Assembly: GCA_041690895.1 (NCBI GenBank)
Contig: JBEPVT010000011.1
Span: forward strand, 26,983-90,982
Length of the DNA stretch: 64,000 nt
Reading direction: 5' to 3'
Origin: Gammaproteobacteria bacterium
GTDB lineage: Bacteria; Pseudomonadota; Gammaproteobacteria; Steroidobacterales; Steroidobacteraceae
The notes below the pieces were generated by a model. It worked only from the letters and a program-made list of their open reading frames with translations, was not told the DNA's origin and made no database searches. Positions 39,526 through 50,485 of this stretch are shown here, piece after piece. The translations under genes and the position numbers were made by a program. Numbering within the stretch: the first letter of the stretch is position 1; each line of letters opens with the position of its first letter.

Positions 39526-41027
39526 GCGCCGCCCTCATGTGGCTGCTCGATGGCATCGCGAAAATTCCCGCCACCGAGGCGCGCGTCTCGGACCTGACGC
39601 TCGACAGCCGTCAGGTGTGCGCCGGGAGCTTGTTTTTCGCGCTGCCCGGAAACAAAGATCATGGCCTCAAGTTTGCGGCCGATGCCGCCGCGCGCGGCGC
39701 GAGTGCGGTGTTGTGGGACTCGAGCGGTGGGCTGAGCGCCGATTTGGCGCCGCCGATCTTGCCGCCCGAGGTGTTCGGCGCAGGGATTCCGAATTTGAAA
39801 GCGCTGGTGGGGCGCATTGCGGACCGTTTCTTCAACTGGCCTTCATCGCAACTGCGGATTGCCGGCATTACCGGCACCAACGGCAAGACGACGTGCGCTT
39901 ACTTGCTGGCGCAATGTCTCGAGCGGTTGGGCAATACCGCGGCATACATGGGCACGATTGGATGGGGACGCCCGGCATCGCTGGCGGAAGCCACGCACAC
40001 TACGCCCGATGCGGTGAGCGTGCACCGCACGCTCGCGCAGTTGCGCAGCTCCGGCGTACGCGATGTGGCGATGGAAGTGTCTTCGCATGCGTTGGATCAG
40101 AGCCGCGTGGATGGCGTGCGTTTCCACATAGCGGCATTCACCAATTTGACGCGCGATCACCTGGACTACCACGGCAGCATGCTTAAGTACGGCGCGGCAA
40201 AAGCCAAGCTGTTCGAAGCGTTCGACCTCAAGCACATCGTGCTCAACATCGGCGATGAGTTCGGCCGTGCGCTGGCCCGAGAGCATGCTGGCAGCGCGTC
40301 GCTGATCGCGGTCTGGGTGGGTGGCGGAGACCTAGGATGGTTGGCGGAACGCAGGTTGAATGCGACGCAGGTGCGGATCGAGGCGCGCGGTATCTCGATC
40401 GATATCGACGGCAGCTTCGGCAAGGCGACCGTGCAGACGCAACTCATGGGGCGCTTCAACGCGGAGAACTCGGTGCTGGTCATCGGCTGCCTGTTGTCGC
40501 TCGGCACTGCCCTGGCCGATGCGGCCGAGGCATTGGCCGAGTGCAAGCCGGCACCGGGCCGCATGGAAGTGGTCAAGACCGATGCGCGCAACAAGCCGAC
40601 CGTGGTTGTCGACTACGCGCACACGCCCGACGCACTGGCGAAGGCGCTGAGCGCGGCCCGCGAGCATTGCGACGGCGCGCTGTGGTGCGTGTTCGGATGC
40701 GGCGGTGATCGCGATTCCGGCAAGCGCCCCGTTATGGGCGGTATTGCCGATGACTTGGCGGATCAAATCATCGTGACGGATGACAATCCGCGTTCCGAGG
40801 ATCCGCAAGCCATCACCCGGGACATTCTCAAGGGCATCAAATCCCGCGCCGTGCGCGTGATACACGACCGCGGCGAAGCCATCGCCACCGCGTTGAAAGA
40901 AGCGCAGGCGATCGATCTGGTCTTGATCGCGGGCAAAGGCCATGAGGACTATCAAATCTACGGAGAAACGCGCCGCTCCTTCAGCGACCACGACGAAGCG
41001 CTGCGACTGTTGGGAGCGGCGGCATGA
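39522..41027 (+). CDS. murE: UDP-N-acetylmuramoyl-L-alanyl-D-glutamate--2,6-diaminopimelate ligase
   Basis: GITGTNGKTT P-loop and the DNPR motif (TDDNPRSEDP). ATGA overlap. Confidence 0.95.
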   Translation: MSAALMWLLDGIAKIPATEARVSDLTLDSRQVCAGSLFFALPGNKDHGLKFAADAAARGASAVLWDSSGGLSADLAPPILPPEVFGAGIPNLKALVGRIADRFFNWPSSQLRIAGITGTNGKTTCAYLLAQCLERLGNTAAYMGTIGWGRPASLAEATHTTPDAVSVHRTLAQLRSSGVRDVAMEVSSHALDQSRVDGVRFHIAAFTNLTRDHLDYHGSMLKYGAAKAKLFEAFDLKHIVLNIGDEFGRALAREHAGSASLIAVWVGGGDLGWLAERRLNATQVRIEARGISIDIDGSFGKATVQTQLMGRFNAENSVLVIGCLLSLGTALADAAEALAECKPAPGRMEVVKTDARNKPTVVVDYAHTPDALAKALSAAREHCDGALWCVFGCGGDRDSGKRPVMGGIADDLADQIIVTDDNPRSEDPQAITRDILKGIKSRAVRVIHDRGEAIATALKEAQAIDLVLIAGKGHEDYQIYGETRRSFSDHDEALRLLGAAA

Positions 41028-42406
41028 AGCGAACGCTGCGCGATGCTGCAAACGTGGTCGGCGGCGAGCTTATCGGCGAGGACCGTCCGTTTGGCTGCGT
41101 TTCCACCGATAGCCGCACGCTGCAGGCCGGCGCCTTGTTCGTGGCGTTGCGCGGCCCGAACTTTGACGGCGCGGCTTTTGTTGAGACCGCTGCCGCGCAG
41201 GGCGCCATCGGCGCGCTGGTCGAACGTGCCAGCCAAAGCTCGTTGCCGCAAGTGCTCGTTGCCGACGCCTTGCGCGCCCTGCAAGTCTTGGCCAAGAACT
41301 GGCGTGCCGATTTCACCTTGCCCGTGGTCGCAGTCGCCGGCAGCAACGGCAAAACCACCGCCAAGGAAATGACCGCCGCCATCCTATCGCGCATGGGGCC
41401 TTGCATGGCGACGCACGGCAATCTCAACAATCACATCGGCGTGCCGGTGACGCTCATGCGCTTGGAACCTTCGCATCGCAGCGCTGTGATCGAAATGGGC
41501 GCCAACGCCATCGGCGACGTTGCGGCGCTGATGCAAATTGCACAGCCCACGGTCGGCTTGATTACCAACGCCGGCGCGGAGCATCTGGAAGGGTTCGGCA
41601 ATTTGGACGGCGTCGCGAAAGGCGAGGGCGAAACAATGTCTTGCCTGCCGGCCGAAGCAACTGCGGTCCTTAACGCGGATGACGCCTACGCGGGCTATTG
41701 GCGCGGCATTTCCGGCGCCAAGCGCATCGTCACCTTCGGCGTGCACACGCATGCGGACTTCATGGCGAAAAATATATTTCAAGGCATTGAGCGCGGCGAG
41801 TTCGCAACACGCTTCACGTTGAGTTCTGCCTTGGGCGAACGCGCGATCATGCTGCAGGCGGGAGGCGCGCACAATGTCGGCAATGCACTTGCTGCCGCCG
41901 CGGCCGCGAGCGCCGCCGGTGCCGCGCTCGAGGATATCGCGTTAGGGCTGGCTGATTTCCGCGCCGTCGCGGGACGCCTGCAGCTGAAAGCCAGCACGCG
42001 CGGCAGCTGGATTATCGACGATTCTTACAACGCGAATCCCAGCTCGGTGCGCGCCGCCATGGAGGTGCTGCGATCGCTCAGCGGCGTGACCTGGCTGGTG
42101 TTGGGCGACATGGCCGAACTCGGCGAAGTCAGTCATGACAGCCACGCGCATATCGGTTCGTACGCGCGCGATTGCGGTATCAAGCGCTTGTTCGCGATGG
42201 GTCCGTTGAGCTCCAGGGCGGTGGAGACCTTCGGTGCCGGCGGCGAGTGGTTTGCGGATGCCGATTCGCTCACTCGACGCCTGCAGGCAGAACTCGCGCC
42301 CGGCGTGACAGTGCTGATCAAGGGCTCGCGCATCAATCGTCTGGAACGCGTGGTGCAAGCACTCAGCGGCGGCGGCGCATCCGGTCCCATAATGAGAGCG
42401 AGCTAA
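41024..42406 (+). CDS. murF: UDP-N-acetylmuramoyl-tripeptide--D-alanyl-D-alanine ligase
   Basis: VAGSNGKTTAKEM P-loop, Mur ligase middle and C domains, position in cluster. Confidence 0.94.
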   Translation: MKRTLRDAANVVGGELIGEDRPFGCVSTDSRTLQAGALFVALRGPNFDGAAFVETAAAQGAIGALVERASQSSLPQVLVADALRALQVLAKNWRADFTLPVVAVAGSNGKTTAKEMTAAILSRMGPCMATHGNLNNHIGVPVTLMRLEPSHRSAVIEMGANAIGDVAALMQIAQPTVGLITNAGAEHLEGFGNLDGVAKGEGETMSCLPAEATAVLNADDAYAGYWRGISGAKRIVTFGVHTHADFMAKNIFQGIERGEFATRFTLSSALGERAIMLQAGGAHNVGNALAAAAAASAAGAALEDIALGLADFRAVAGRLQLKASTRGSWIIDDSYNANPSSVRAAMEVLRSLSGVTWLVLGDMAELGEVSHDSHAHIGSYARDCGIKRLFAMGPLSSRAVETFGAGGEWFADADSLTRRLQAELAPGVTVLIKGSRINRLERVVQALSGGGASGPIMRAS

Positions 42407-42409
42407 GCC

Positions 42410-43495
42410 GTGCTGCTATTTCTGAGCGAATATCTGGCGAGGTTCTACAGCGGATTTCATGTCTTCCAGTACCTCACGCTGCGCGGAATCCTGGCCGCGG
42501 TCACGGCATTGCTGATGGCGCTGTTCATCGGTCCGCGCATGATTTCCTTGTTGAACCGTTATCAGATCGGTCAAGTGGTGCGCAGCGACGGGCCGCAATC
42601 CCACCTGCTCAAGAAGGGCACGCCCACCATGGGCGGCGGTTTGATCTTGGTCGCGATGGGTATCGGCACGCTGCTCTGGGCTGATCTGTCCAGCCGCTTC
42701 GTTTGGGTGCTGCTGGGAACCACGCTGGCGTTTGGTCTGATCGGTTTCTACGACGATTATTTGAAGCTGGTAGTGGGCAATTCCAAGGGGCTGGCAGCGC
42801 GCTACAAGTATTTGGCGCAATCGATTGCCGCGCTCATCATTGCGATCACGCTGCACAGCATGCATCAAACGCCGGCCGAGACGGCGCTGTACGTGCCATT
42901 TTTCAAGGCGGTTGCGGTGCCGATGTCGACGCTGGCATTCGTCGCACTTTCCTACTGCGTCATCGTCGGCTCCAGCAATGCCGTGAATTTGACGGACGGC
43001 CTCGATGGGCTCGCCATCATGCCGGCGGTGATGGTCGCCGCCGCCTTGGGCGTGTTCGCCTATGCCACCGGCAACATTAACTTCGCCCGATATTTGCAAA
43101 TCCCCTTCATCAACGGTGTGGGCGAACTGCTCATTGTCAGTGCGACGCTGGTGGGCGCGGGCTTGGGATTCTTGTGGTTCAACTCCTATCCGGCGCAAGT
43201 TTTTATGGGCGATGTGGGCGCATTGGCGATCGGCGCTGCGCTCGGCACGATGGCCGTGATGGTGCGCCAGGAGCTCGTGCTGTTCGTGATGGGCGGTGTG
43301 TTCGTGCTCGAGACCGTCTCTGTGATGCTGCAGGTCGCCTCATTCAAGCTTACGGGCAAGCGGATATTTCGCATGGCGCCCATCCATCACCATTTTGAAC
43401 TCAAAGGCTGGGCCGAACCGAAAGTCATCGTGCGCTTCTGGATCATCAGCTTCGTGCTGGTGTTGGCGGGCCTTGCAACCTTGAAGATCCGCTGA
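42410..43495 (+). CDS. mraY: phospho-N-acetylmuramoyl-pentapeptide transferase
   Basis: [28 protein letters not shown] motifs, 10-TM profile. GTG start. Confidence 0.96.
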   Translation: MLLFLSEYLARFYSGFHVFQYLTLRGILAAVTALLMALFIGPRMISLLNRYQIGQVVRSDGPQSHLLKKGTPTMGGGLILVAMGIGTLLWADLSSRFVWVLLGTTLAFGLIGFYDDYLKLVVGNSKGLAARYKYLAQSIAALIIAITLHSMHQTPAETALYVPFFKAVAVPMSTLAFVALSYCVIVGSSNAVNLTDGLDGLAIMPAVMVAAALGVFAYATGNINFARYLQIPFINGVGELLIVSATLVGAGLGFLWFNSYPAQVFMGDVGALAIGAALGTMAVMVRQELVLFVMGGVFVLETVSVMLQVASFKLTGKRIFRMAPIHHHFELKGWAEPKVIVRFWIISFVLVLAGLATLKIR

Positions 43496-44871
43496 TGAAC
43501 AGCGTCGTTGTCGGCTTGGGCAAAACCGGTGCCTCCTGCGTGCGCTATCTCGCCAAGCGCGGCGACCGCGTGAGCGCCACCGACTCGCGCCGCGCGCCGC
43601 CCGGTCTCGCCGAGCTCGGCGAGCTTGCATCGTCGATCGACCTGCGGCTCGGCGGCTTTGATCTGTCGCTGCTCGAGGGTGCCTCGCAAGTGTTGATGTC
43701 GCCGGGCGTATCCCTCGAGGAACCCATCGCGCGCTTGGCGCGGGCGCAAGGAATCGATTTGCTGGGCGATGTGGAGTTATTCGCCCGCGAGGTGCAGGCG
43801 CCCGTGATCGGCATCACCGGTACCAACGGCAAGAGCACGGTCACCTCCTTGGTGGCGAGCATGGCAGCGGCCGCCGGCAGGCGTGTCTTGGCCGGCGGCA
43901 ATCTAGGCGAGCCTGCGCTCGATCTGCTCGAGCAGCCCAGGCCGGATTTGTACGTGCTCGAGTTGTCGAGCTTTCAATTGGAAACCACCGCCTCCTTGGT
44001 GCTCCAGGCGGCTGTGGTGCTGAACGTCAGCGCCGATCATTTGGACCGCTACGCTTCCATCGAAGCGTACGCACGCGCCAAGTGGAGGATCTTTGCCCAG
44101 GCGGCGACGCTTGTCCTGAACGCCGACGATCCATGGGTGATGGCGATGCGTGAGCGGGACTATCAGAGGGGCGCGGCCCGCACGCTAACATTTTCCATCG
44201 AGCACGCGGATGCAGATTTCTCGCTCGCGCGCAGCGGCACACAAATATTCCTGGCGCGGCGCGGCGAGAGATTACTCGACATTGCGCGGATGAAAATCTC
44301 CGGAATGCACAATGCCGCCAATGCGCTCGCGGCATTGGCCTTGGGCGAAGCGGTGAACCTGCCGACCCCGGCGATGCTGAAGGCGCTCGAAACTTTTCCC
44401 GGGCTGTCGCATCGATCTTCCTGGGTGGCCGAGCTCGACGGCGTGCGCTATATCGACGACTCGAAGGGCACGAATGTTGGGGCCACGACGGCCGCCGTTG
44501 TCGGCATGTCGGGTCCGGTGGTGATCATCGCGGGGGGTGAGGGCAAGGGCCAGGATTTTAGGCCCTTGGCGGATGCGTTTCGCGACAAGGTGCGCGCGGC
44601 CGTGCTGATCGGCAAGGACGCGCCGGCAATCGCGGCGGCGCTTCAGGGCGTGTGCGAGACGCAAACCGTGGCTTCGATGGAAGCGGCGGTCGGCGCCGCG
44701 CAGCGCGCTGCGCGCGCCGGCGACACGGTGCTGTTATCGCCGGCCTGCGCGAGTTTAGACATGTTCCGCGACTACGGTCATCGCGGCGACGTCTTCGCGG
44801 CCGCGGTCAGGAAGCTTGCAGGCGCGGCGTCACCGCAAGGTGCATCGTCGCCGCAAGGTGCACCCCGGTGA
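43495..44871 (+). CDS. murD: UDP-N-acetylmuramoylalanine--D-glutamate ligase
   Basis: VVGLGKTGAS and GITGTNGKST motifs. The C-terminal tail carries an 18-nt tandem repeat (SPQGAS/SPQGAP). Confidence 0.94.
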   Translation: MNSVVVGLGKTGASCVRYLAKRGDRVSATDSRRAPPGLAELGELASSIDLRLGGFDLSLLEGASQVLMSPGVSLEEPIARLARAQGIDLLGDVELFAREVQAPVIGITGTNGKSTVTSLVASMAAAAGRRVLAGGNLGEPALDLLEQPRPDLYVLELSSFQLETTASLVLQAAVVLNVSADHLDRYASIEAYARAKWRIFAQAATLVLNADDPWVMAMRERDYQRGAARTLTFSIEHADADFSLARSGTQIFLARRGERLLDIARMKISGMHNAANALAALALGEAVNLPTPAMLKALETFPGLSHRSSWVAELDGVRYIDDSKGTNVGATTAAVVGMSGPVVIIAGGEGKGQDFRPLADAFRDKVRAAVLIGKDAPAIAAALQGVCETQTVASMEAAVGAAQRAARAGDTVLLSPACASLDMFRDYGHRGDVFAAAVRKLAGAASPQGASSPQGAPR

Positions 44872-46055
44872 GCACGGCTACCATGTCGTACGGCGTGCGC
44901 GCCCGCGAGCGGATGCCCTTTGCCTGGGACACGGTCACGTTGGGTCTGGTGGCCGCGCTGTTGCTGGTGGGTCTCGTCATGGTCACCTCGGCGTCGATGT
45001 CGATCGCCGCCCGCGACATGGGCGATCCCTTTTACTTTCTGGAACGGCAATTCATTTTTACCCTGGCGGGTCTGGTCTTTGCCTGGGGCATGACGCGCGT
45101 GCCCGCGCAGCTGTGGGACAAGTACAGCCTGGCGCTTCTGGTCCTGGCGCTGCTGCTGCTGGTGCTTGTGCTGATTCCCGGGTTGGGCGCGCGCGTCAAC
45201 GGCGCGCGCCGCTGGCTGCGCATCGGCGTGCTCAACTTCCAAGTGTCCGAGCTCGCCAAAGTGTTGGTGCTGATATGGGTGTGCAGCTACAGCGTGCGCA
45301 AGCGCGCCGAGCTCGAGAGCACGCTGCCCGGCTTGCTGAAGCCCTTCGGCCTGCTGTCCGTCACGGCGGTGCTGCTGTTGATCGAGCCGGACTTTGGCGC
45401 GGCCACCGTGCTGTTCGCGACCGGCTTCGCCGTGCTGTTCATCGCGGGCGCGCGCCTGCGCTATGTGGCGATGTTGGTATCTGCCGCGGTGTTGGCCTTC
45501 GCGCTGTTGGCGCTGACCTCCCCGTACCGCCTGAAGCGCCTGTTGGTTTTTCTGCATCCCTTCGACGACCCTTTCAACGGCGGATTCCAGCTGACTCAAT
45601 CGTTGATTGCGATCGGACGCGGATCGTGGTTCGGCGTGGGCTTGGGCAGCAGCGTGCAGAAATTGTTTTATCTGCCGGAAGCGCACACGGATTTCGTGTT
45701 CGCAGTGCTGGCTGAGGAATTGGGATTGGTCGGCGTGATCGGCGTGATCGCCTTGTTCGTCGCTCTGGTGTGGCGTGCATTTCACATCTCGCGCCTGGCG
45801 GCGAAAGCCGGCTTGCGTTTCCAGGCATACCTGGCGATGGCCTTCGGCATCTGGCTTGGGCTGCAGGCGACCGTGAACATCGGCGTCAACATGGGCGTGC
45901 TGCCGACCAAGGGGCTGACGCTGCCGCTCTTAAGTTATGGCCGCAGCAGCTTGCTGGTGAGCCTGGCCTGGCTCGGCGTGCTGCTGCGCATCTACCACGA
46001 GGTCAAGTGCAACTCGCGCTCCGCGGTGACGCGCGTGCCGGGAGTCAACCGATGA
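44868..46055 (+). CDS. ftsW: lipid II flippase / peptidoglycan glycosyltransferase FtsW
   Basis: SEDS-family polytopic protein. GTG 44868 (GTGA overlap with murD) or ATG 44883 (MSYGVRARE...). The 44652 ORF start is an extension inside murD. Confidence 0.92.
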   Translation: MSTATMSYGVRARERMPFAWDTVTLGLVAALLLVGLVMVTSASMSIAARDMGDPFYFLERQFIFTLAGLVFAWGMTRVPAQLWDKYSLALLVLALLLLVLVLIPGLGARVNGARRWLRIGVLNFQVSELAKVLVLIWVCSYSVRKRAELESTLPGLLKPFGLLSVTAVLLLIEPDFGAATVLFATGFAVLFIAGARLRYVAMLVSAAVLAFALLALTSPYRLKRLLVFLHPFDDPFNGGFQLTQSLIAIGRGSWFGVGLGSSVQKLFYLPEAHTDFVFAVLAEELGLVGVIGVIALFVALVWRAFHISRLAAKAGLRFQAYLAMAFGIWLGLQATVNIGVNMGVLPTKGLTLPLLSYGRSSLLVSLAWLGVLLRIYHEVKCNSRSAVTRVPGVNR

Positions 46056-47158
46056 CCGCGGCTGCGCAGCGTCCTGTGCTCATCATGGCCGGCGGCACCG
46101 GCGGCCATGTGTTCCCGGCGCTGGCGGTGGCGAAGGTGCTGCGCGAGCGCGGCATTGCCGTGGTGTGGCTGGGTGTTCCCGGCGGCATGGAATCGCGCCT
46201 GGTACCGGCGCAGGGATTTCCGATCGAGTGGATACGCGTCGCGGGCATCCGAGGCAAGGGTGTGTTGACCTGGCTGCTGGCGCCGCTGCGCATTGCCAAC
46301 GGGGTGACGCAAGCGATGCGCGTGTTGCGCCGTGTTAAGCCGCGTTCGGTGCTCGGCGCCGGCGGCTATGTCAGCGGTCCCGGCGGTATTGCTGCGTGGC
46401 TGATGCGCATCCCCTTGCTCATCCACGAACAGAATGCCATTGCCGGCATGACCAACCGATGGCTGGCGCGCTTGGCGACGCAGGTGCTGGAAGCATTTCC
46501 GGGAAGTTTCGGATCTCGCGCGCATGTCCGCACCATCGGCAATCCGGTGCGCGAGGACATTGCTGCGATCGCGGCGCCCGCACAACGATTCGCCGGGCGC
46601 GAGTCGCGCGCGCGGTTATTGATCTGCGGCGGCAGCCAGGGCGCGCAGCGGCTAAACGCGGTGTTGCCGCAGGCGCTCGCTTTGCTTAAGCCGCAGGAAC
46701 GACCGCAGGTGCTGCATCAAACCGGCGAGCGCGGATTCGAATCGACTCGTGCGGCCTATGTTACGGCCAAGGTGGAGGCGCAGGTGCTGCCCTTCATCGA
46801 CGACATGGCCAAGAGCTATGCCTGGGCAGACCTGGCAGTGTGCCGCGCAGGCGCCATGACCGTCGCTGAGCTGCAAGCGGCAGGCCTCGGCGCGATCTTC
46901 ATACCGCTGCCGATTGCGACCGACGATCACCAAACCAAAAATGCCGCTGTCATGGTCGGCGCGGGCGCGGCGCGCATCGTTCAGCAGGGCGATCTGACGC
47001 CGGAGCGCTTGAGCGGCATCATCGGTGAGCTCATCGCCGATCGGTCGAAGTTGCTCAACATGGCGGAAGCCGCGCGCGCGGCACGCATCACGGATGCCGC
47101 GGCAACGCTTGCGGACTTGTGCATGGCCGCCGGCGCGCACGCGGGAGTGCACGCATGA
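46052..47158 (+). CDS. murG: undecaprenyldiphospho-muramoylpentapeptide beta-N-acetylglucosaminyltransferase
   Basis: [20 protein letters not shown]-loop. ATGA overlap with ftsW. Confidence 0.95.
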   Translation: MTAAAQRPVLIMAGGTGGHVFPALAVAKVLRERGIAVVWLGVPGGMESRLVPAQGFPIEWIRVAGIRGKGVLTWLLAPLRIANGVTQAMRVLRRVKPRSVLGAGGYVSGPGGIAAWLMRIPLLIHEQNAIAGMTNRWLARLATQVLEAFPGSFGSRAHVRTIGNPVREDIAAIAAPAQRFAGRESRARLLICGGSQGAQRLNAVLPQALALLKPQERPQVLHQTGERGFESTRAAYVTAKVEAQVLPFIDDMAKSYAWADLAVCRAGAMTVAELQAAGLGAIFIPLPIATDDHQTKNAAVMVGAGAARIVQQGDLTPERLSGIIGELIADRSKLLNMAEAARAARITDAAATLADLCMAAGAHAGVHA

Positions 47159-48600
47159 CTGCGAGTGCATCCATGGCCGGCCGCACGCGTTTGGAAGATC
47201 GGATGCGTCGCATCCAGCACATTCACCTGGTGGGTATCGGCGGCAGCGGCATGGGCGGAATTGCCGAAGTGTTGCTGAACTTAGGCTATGAAGTGCAGGG
47301 TTCCGACCTCAAGGCCAATGCGGTGACCGAGCGCCTCGCGCGCTTGGGCGCAAAGATTTTTATCGGCCACGACGCCGAACACCTAGGCGGCGCGGACGTG
47401 GTGGTGGTGTCGAGCGCGGTGAATCGCGCGAATCCTGAAGTGGCCGCGGCACTCGCCAAACGCATTCCGGTGGTGGCACGCGCGGAAATGCTGGGCGAGC
47501 TGATGCGCTTTCGCTACTCGATTGCCGTGGCCGGCACGCACGGAAAGACCACGACCACCAGCTTGGTGGCGAGCGTGCTGGCGGAAGCGGGGCTCGATCC
47601 CACTTTTGTCATCGGCGGGCGCCTGAAGAGCGCCGACAGCAACGCGCGGTTGGGTGCGGGCCGATACCTGGTTGCCGAGGCGGACGAGAGCGATGCCTCG
47701 TTCATGCACCTGCAGCCGATGATCGCCATCGTCACCAATATCGACAATGATCATCTCGCGACGCACGACGGCGATTTTGCGCGTCTAAAACACAGCTTCG
47801 TCGATTTCCTGCACAACCTGCCCTTCTACGGTCTCGCCGTGCTGTGCACGGACGATGAGCAGGTGCTGAGCATCTTGGAATCCGTTGGACGGCCGTTCGT
47901 CACCTATGGTTTTGGCGAGACTGCGGACATCCGTGCGGTCAAGGTGCAGCGGCTGGGGTTGCAGTCCTGCTACGAAGCAGTGCGCGAAGGACGCGCCCCA
48001 TTGAGCGTGACGCTGAATCTGCCGGGCAGACACAATGTCTTGAATTCCCTGGCGGCGTTGGCCGTTGCTACGGAATTGGAAATTGGCGACGAAGCCATTC
48101 AACGCGCACTGGCGAATTTCCAGGGTATCGATCGTCGCCTGCAGCAACTGGGCGAGATTCAATGGCCCGGCGGGCGCGCGCTCATCGTCGACGATTACGG
48201 CCATCACCCGACGGAAGTGGCCGCGACGCTCGAGGCGGCGCGCCAAGCGTGGCCGGATCGCCGCTTGGTGCTGGTGTTTCAGCCGCATCGCTATACCCGC
48301 ACGCGGGACCTGCTGGATGACTTCGGCCGCAGCTTGAGCGAATGCGACGTGCTCCTGGTCACGGAGGTCTACGCCGCGGGCGAAGCGCCGATCGCCGGGG
48401 CCGACGGCCGCGCCATCTGCCGCGTGGTGCGCAGCCGCGGTGTCGTCGAGCCGGTGTTCGTCGAAAGCGTCGATGATCTGGCCGACTCATTGCGCGCCGT
48501 GCTGCACGACGGCGATGTGGTGCTCACCATGGGCGCGGGCAACCTTGGGATAGTCGCCCAGGAGCTCAAGAGCCGCTTCGCGGCGGGAGCAGCGGCATGA
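47155..48600 (+). CDS. murC: UDP-N-acetylmuramate--L-alanine ligase
   Basis: [24 protein letters not shown] preceded by a 16-aa leader as in E. coli, plus [12 protein letters not shown] overlap with murG. Confidence 0.95.
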   Translation: MTASASMAGRTRLEDRMRRIQHIHLVGIGGSGMGGIAEVLLNLGYEVQGSDLKANAVTERLARLGAKIFIGHDAEHLGGADVVVVSSAVNRANPEVAAALAKRIPVVARAEMLGELMRFRYSIAVAGTHGKTTTTSLVASVLAEAGLDPTFVIGGRLKSADSNARLGAGRYLVAEADESDASFMHLQPMIAIVTNIDNDHLATHDGDFARLKHSFVDFLHNLPFYGLAVLCTDDEQVLSILESVGRPFVTYGFGETADIRAVKVQRLGLQSCYEAVREGRAPLSVTLNLPGRHNVLNSLAALAVATELEIGDEAIQRALANFQGIDRRLQQLGEIQWPGGRALIVDDYGHHPTEVAATLEAARQAWPDRRLVLVFQPHRYTRTRDLLDDFGRSLSECDVLLVTEVYAAGEAPIAGADGRAICRVVRSRGVVEPVFVESVDDLADSLRAVLHDGDVVLTMGAGNLGIVAQELKSRFAAGAAA

Positions 48601-49502
48601 ACGCGCAGCGCTCCTTGGAACTGGCACCGGAATTCAGCAGCCGCGTGCTGCTCGATGTCTCGATGGCGAAGCACACCTCGTGGCACGCCGGCGGGGCGGC
48701 GGATTTCTTTTTCACGCCCCGCGACATCATGGATCTTGCCTCCTTCGTGCGTCAGCTGCCTGAAGAGGTGCCAATGCTCTGGATCGGCTTGGGCAGCAAC
48801 CTTTTGGTGCGCGACGGCGGCGTGCGCGGCGCGGTCGTGGCGACGCACGGCGCGTTGGGCGCGCTCGAGCGACACAGTGCGACGCGCATTCGCGCCGAGG
48901 CGGGTGTGCCCTGTGCGCGCATCGCGCGTCAATGCGTCAAGTGGGGCTTGGGACCCGCGGAATTCTTTGCCGGCATTCCGGGAACCCTCGGCGGTGCATT
49001 GGCGATGAACGCCGGCGCCTGGGGCGGGGAGACCTGGCGGCACGTGGTCGAAGTAGAAGTGCTCGATCGCAAGGGGGTGCGCCATACCCGTACGCCGGCC
49101 GAATACGAGATCGGCTATCGGCATGTAAAGGGACCGGACAACGAATGGTTCATCGGCGCGCGCTTGGAGTTCGAGCGTACGCCGGGAACCAACACCGAGG
49201 CCATCAAGCAACTGCTCGATAAACGGCGCGAGACGCAGCCGATCGGCGAGTGGAGTTGCGGGTCGGTGTTCACCAATCCGCCGGGCGATCATGCCGCGCG
49301 CCTGATCGAGGCGGCGGGCCTCAAGGGTTTTCGCAGCGGCGATGCGTCGGTGTCCGAAAAGCACGCCAATTTCATCATCAACCATGGGGCGGCGCGTGCC
49401 GCCGACATCGAAGCCTTGATCCTGCATGTGCAGCAGACCGTGGCCGGGGTTCATGGTGTGGAGTTGCGCACCGAAGTTCGCATCGTCGGAGAACCGGCAT
49501 GA
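48597..49502 (+). CDS. murB: UDP-N-acetylenolpyruvoylglucosamine reductase
   Basis: FAD-binding [10 protein letters not shown] and GSVFTNP motifs. ATGA overlap with murC. Confidence 0.94.
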   Translation: MNAQRSLELAPEFSSRVLLDVSMAKHTSWHAGGAADFFFTPRDIMDLASFVRQLPEEVPMLWIGLGSNLLVRDGGVRGAVVATHGALGALERHSATRIRAEAGVPCARIARQCVKWGLGPAEFFAGIPGTLGGALAMNAGAWGGETWRHVVEVEVLDRKGVRHTRTPAEYEIGYRHVKGPDNEWFIGARLEFERTPGTNTEAIKQLLDKRRETQPIGEWSCGSVFTNPPGDHAARLIEAAGLKGFRSGDASVSEKHANFIINHGAARAADIEALILHVQQTVAGVHGVELRTEVRIVGEPA

Positions 49503-50464
49503 GTCTGCTTGAAGTCAGCACGGCTCGGCGCGCGGCAGCGCCGAAGGATTTCGGCAAGACGGCGGTGCTGCTCGGCGGGGATTCCAGCGAACGCGAAATT
49601 TCCTTGTTGAGCGGCAATGCGGTGCTCGCCGCACTGAAGCGCCGCGGCGTCGATGCGCATGCGTTCGATCCGAAGGATCAGCCGATTCAGGCATTGCGCA
49701 GCGAGGGTTTTGACCGGGCCTGGATTGCCCTGCACGGGCCGGGAGGCGAGGACGGGACCATGCAAGGTGCGCTGGAATGGATCGGCGTGCCGTATACCGG
49801 CAGCGGCGTGCTGGCCTCGGCCCTCACCATGGATAAGCTTAAGACCAAGCGCGTGGTGGTGGGAGCAGGCTACGTCGCGCCGGATTACGCGGTGTTGTCG
49901 AGTGCGGCGGATTTGGAGCCGGCACTGAAGCGCATCGGCCTGCCCATGATGGTCAAGCCCGCGAGTCAAGGTTCGAGCGTGGGCATGACCAAAGTCAAAG
50001 CCGCTGCGGAACTCGCGGGCGCCTTCGCCGCGGCACATGCGATCGACCCGGTGGTGTTCGCAGAGTCATTTGTCAGCGGCGATGAATACACCGTGTCGAT
50101 ATTGCAGGGCGCGGCGTTGCCCTCGATCCGCATCGTGCCGGCGACGGAATTCTATGACTATCAAGCGAAGTACTTCCGTGACGACACGCAGTACTTCTGC
50201 CCGAGCGGCCTTGATCGACAGGACGAGGCCGAGCTGCAGGCTGCGGCGCTCGCCGCGTTCAAGGTCACGGATTGCCTGGGATGGGGCCGCGTCGACTTCA
50301 TGCGCGAGCGCTCCACCAACAAATTCTATTTCATTGAGATCAACACCACGCCCGGCATGACGGATCACAGCTTGGTGCCGATGGCGGCGCGTCAAGCCGG
50401 TCTTGATTTCGATGAGCTGGTGTGGCGCGTGCTGGAAAGCAGTTTTTCGAGGACGCGCAAATGA
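49499..50464 (+). CDS. ddl: D-alanine--D-alanine ligase
   Basis: [17 protein letters not shown] and ATP-grasp body ending [18 protein letters not shown] 49499 overlaps the murB stop. Confidence 0.95.
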   Translation: MSLLEVSTARRAAAPKDFGKTAVLLGGDSSEREISLLSGNAVLAALKRRGVDAHAFDPKDQPIQALRSEGFDRAWIALHGPGGEDGTMQGALEWIGVPYTGSGVLASALTMDKLKTKRVVVGAGYVAPDYAVLSSAADLEPALKRIGLPMMVKPASQGSSVGMTKVKAAAELAGAFAAAHAIDPVVFAESFVSGDEYTVSILQGAALPSIRIVPATEFYDYQAKYFRDDTQYFCPSGLDRQDEAELQAAALAAFKVTDCLGWGRVDFMRERSTNKFYFIEINTTPGMTDHSLVPMAARQAGLDFDELVWRVLESSFSRTRK

Positions 50465-50485
50465 TTCCGAGGACGCGCAAATGAT
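50448..50485 (+). repeat. 20-bp-period tandem duplication spanning the ddl stop / ftsQ start
   Basis: CGAGGACGCGCAAATGAT occurs at 50448-50465 and again at 50468-50485, an 18 of 18 match. Confidence 0.95.
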
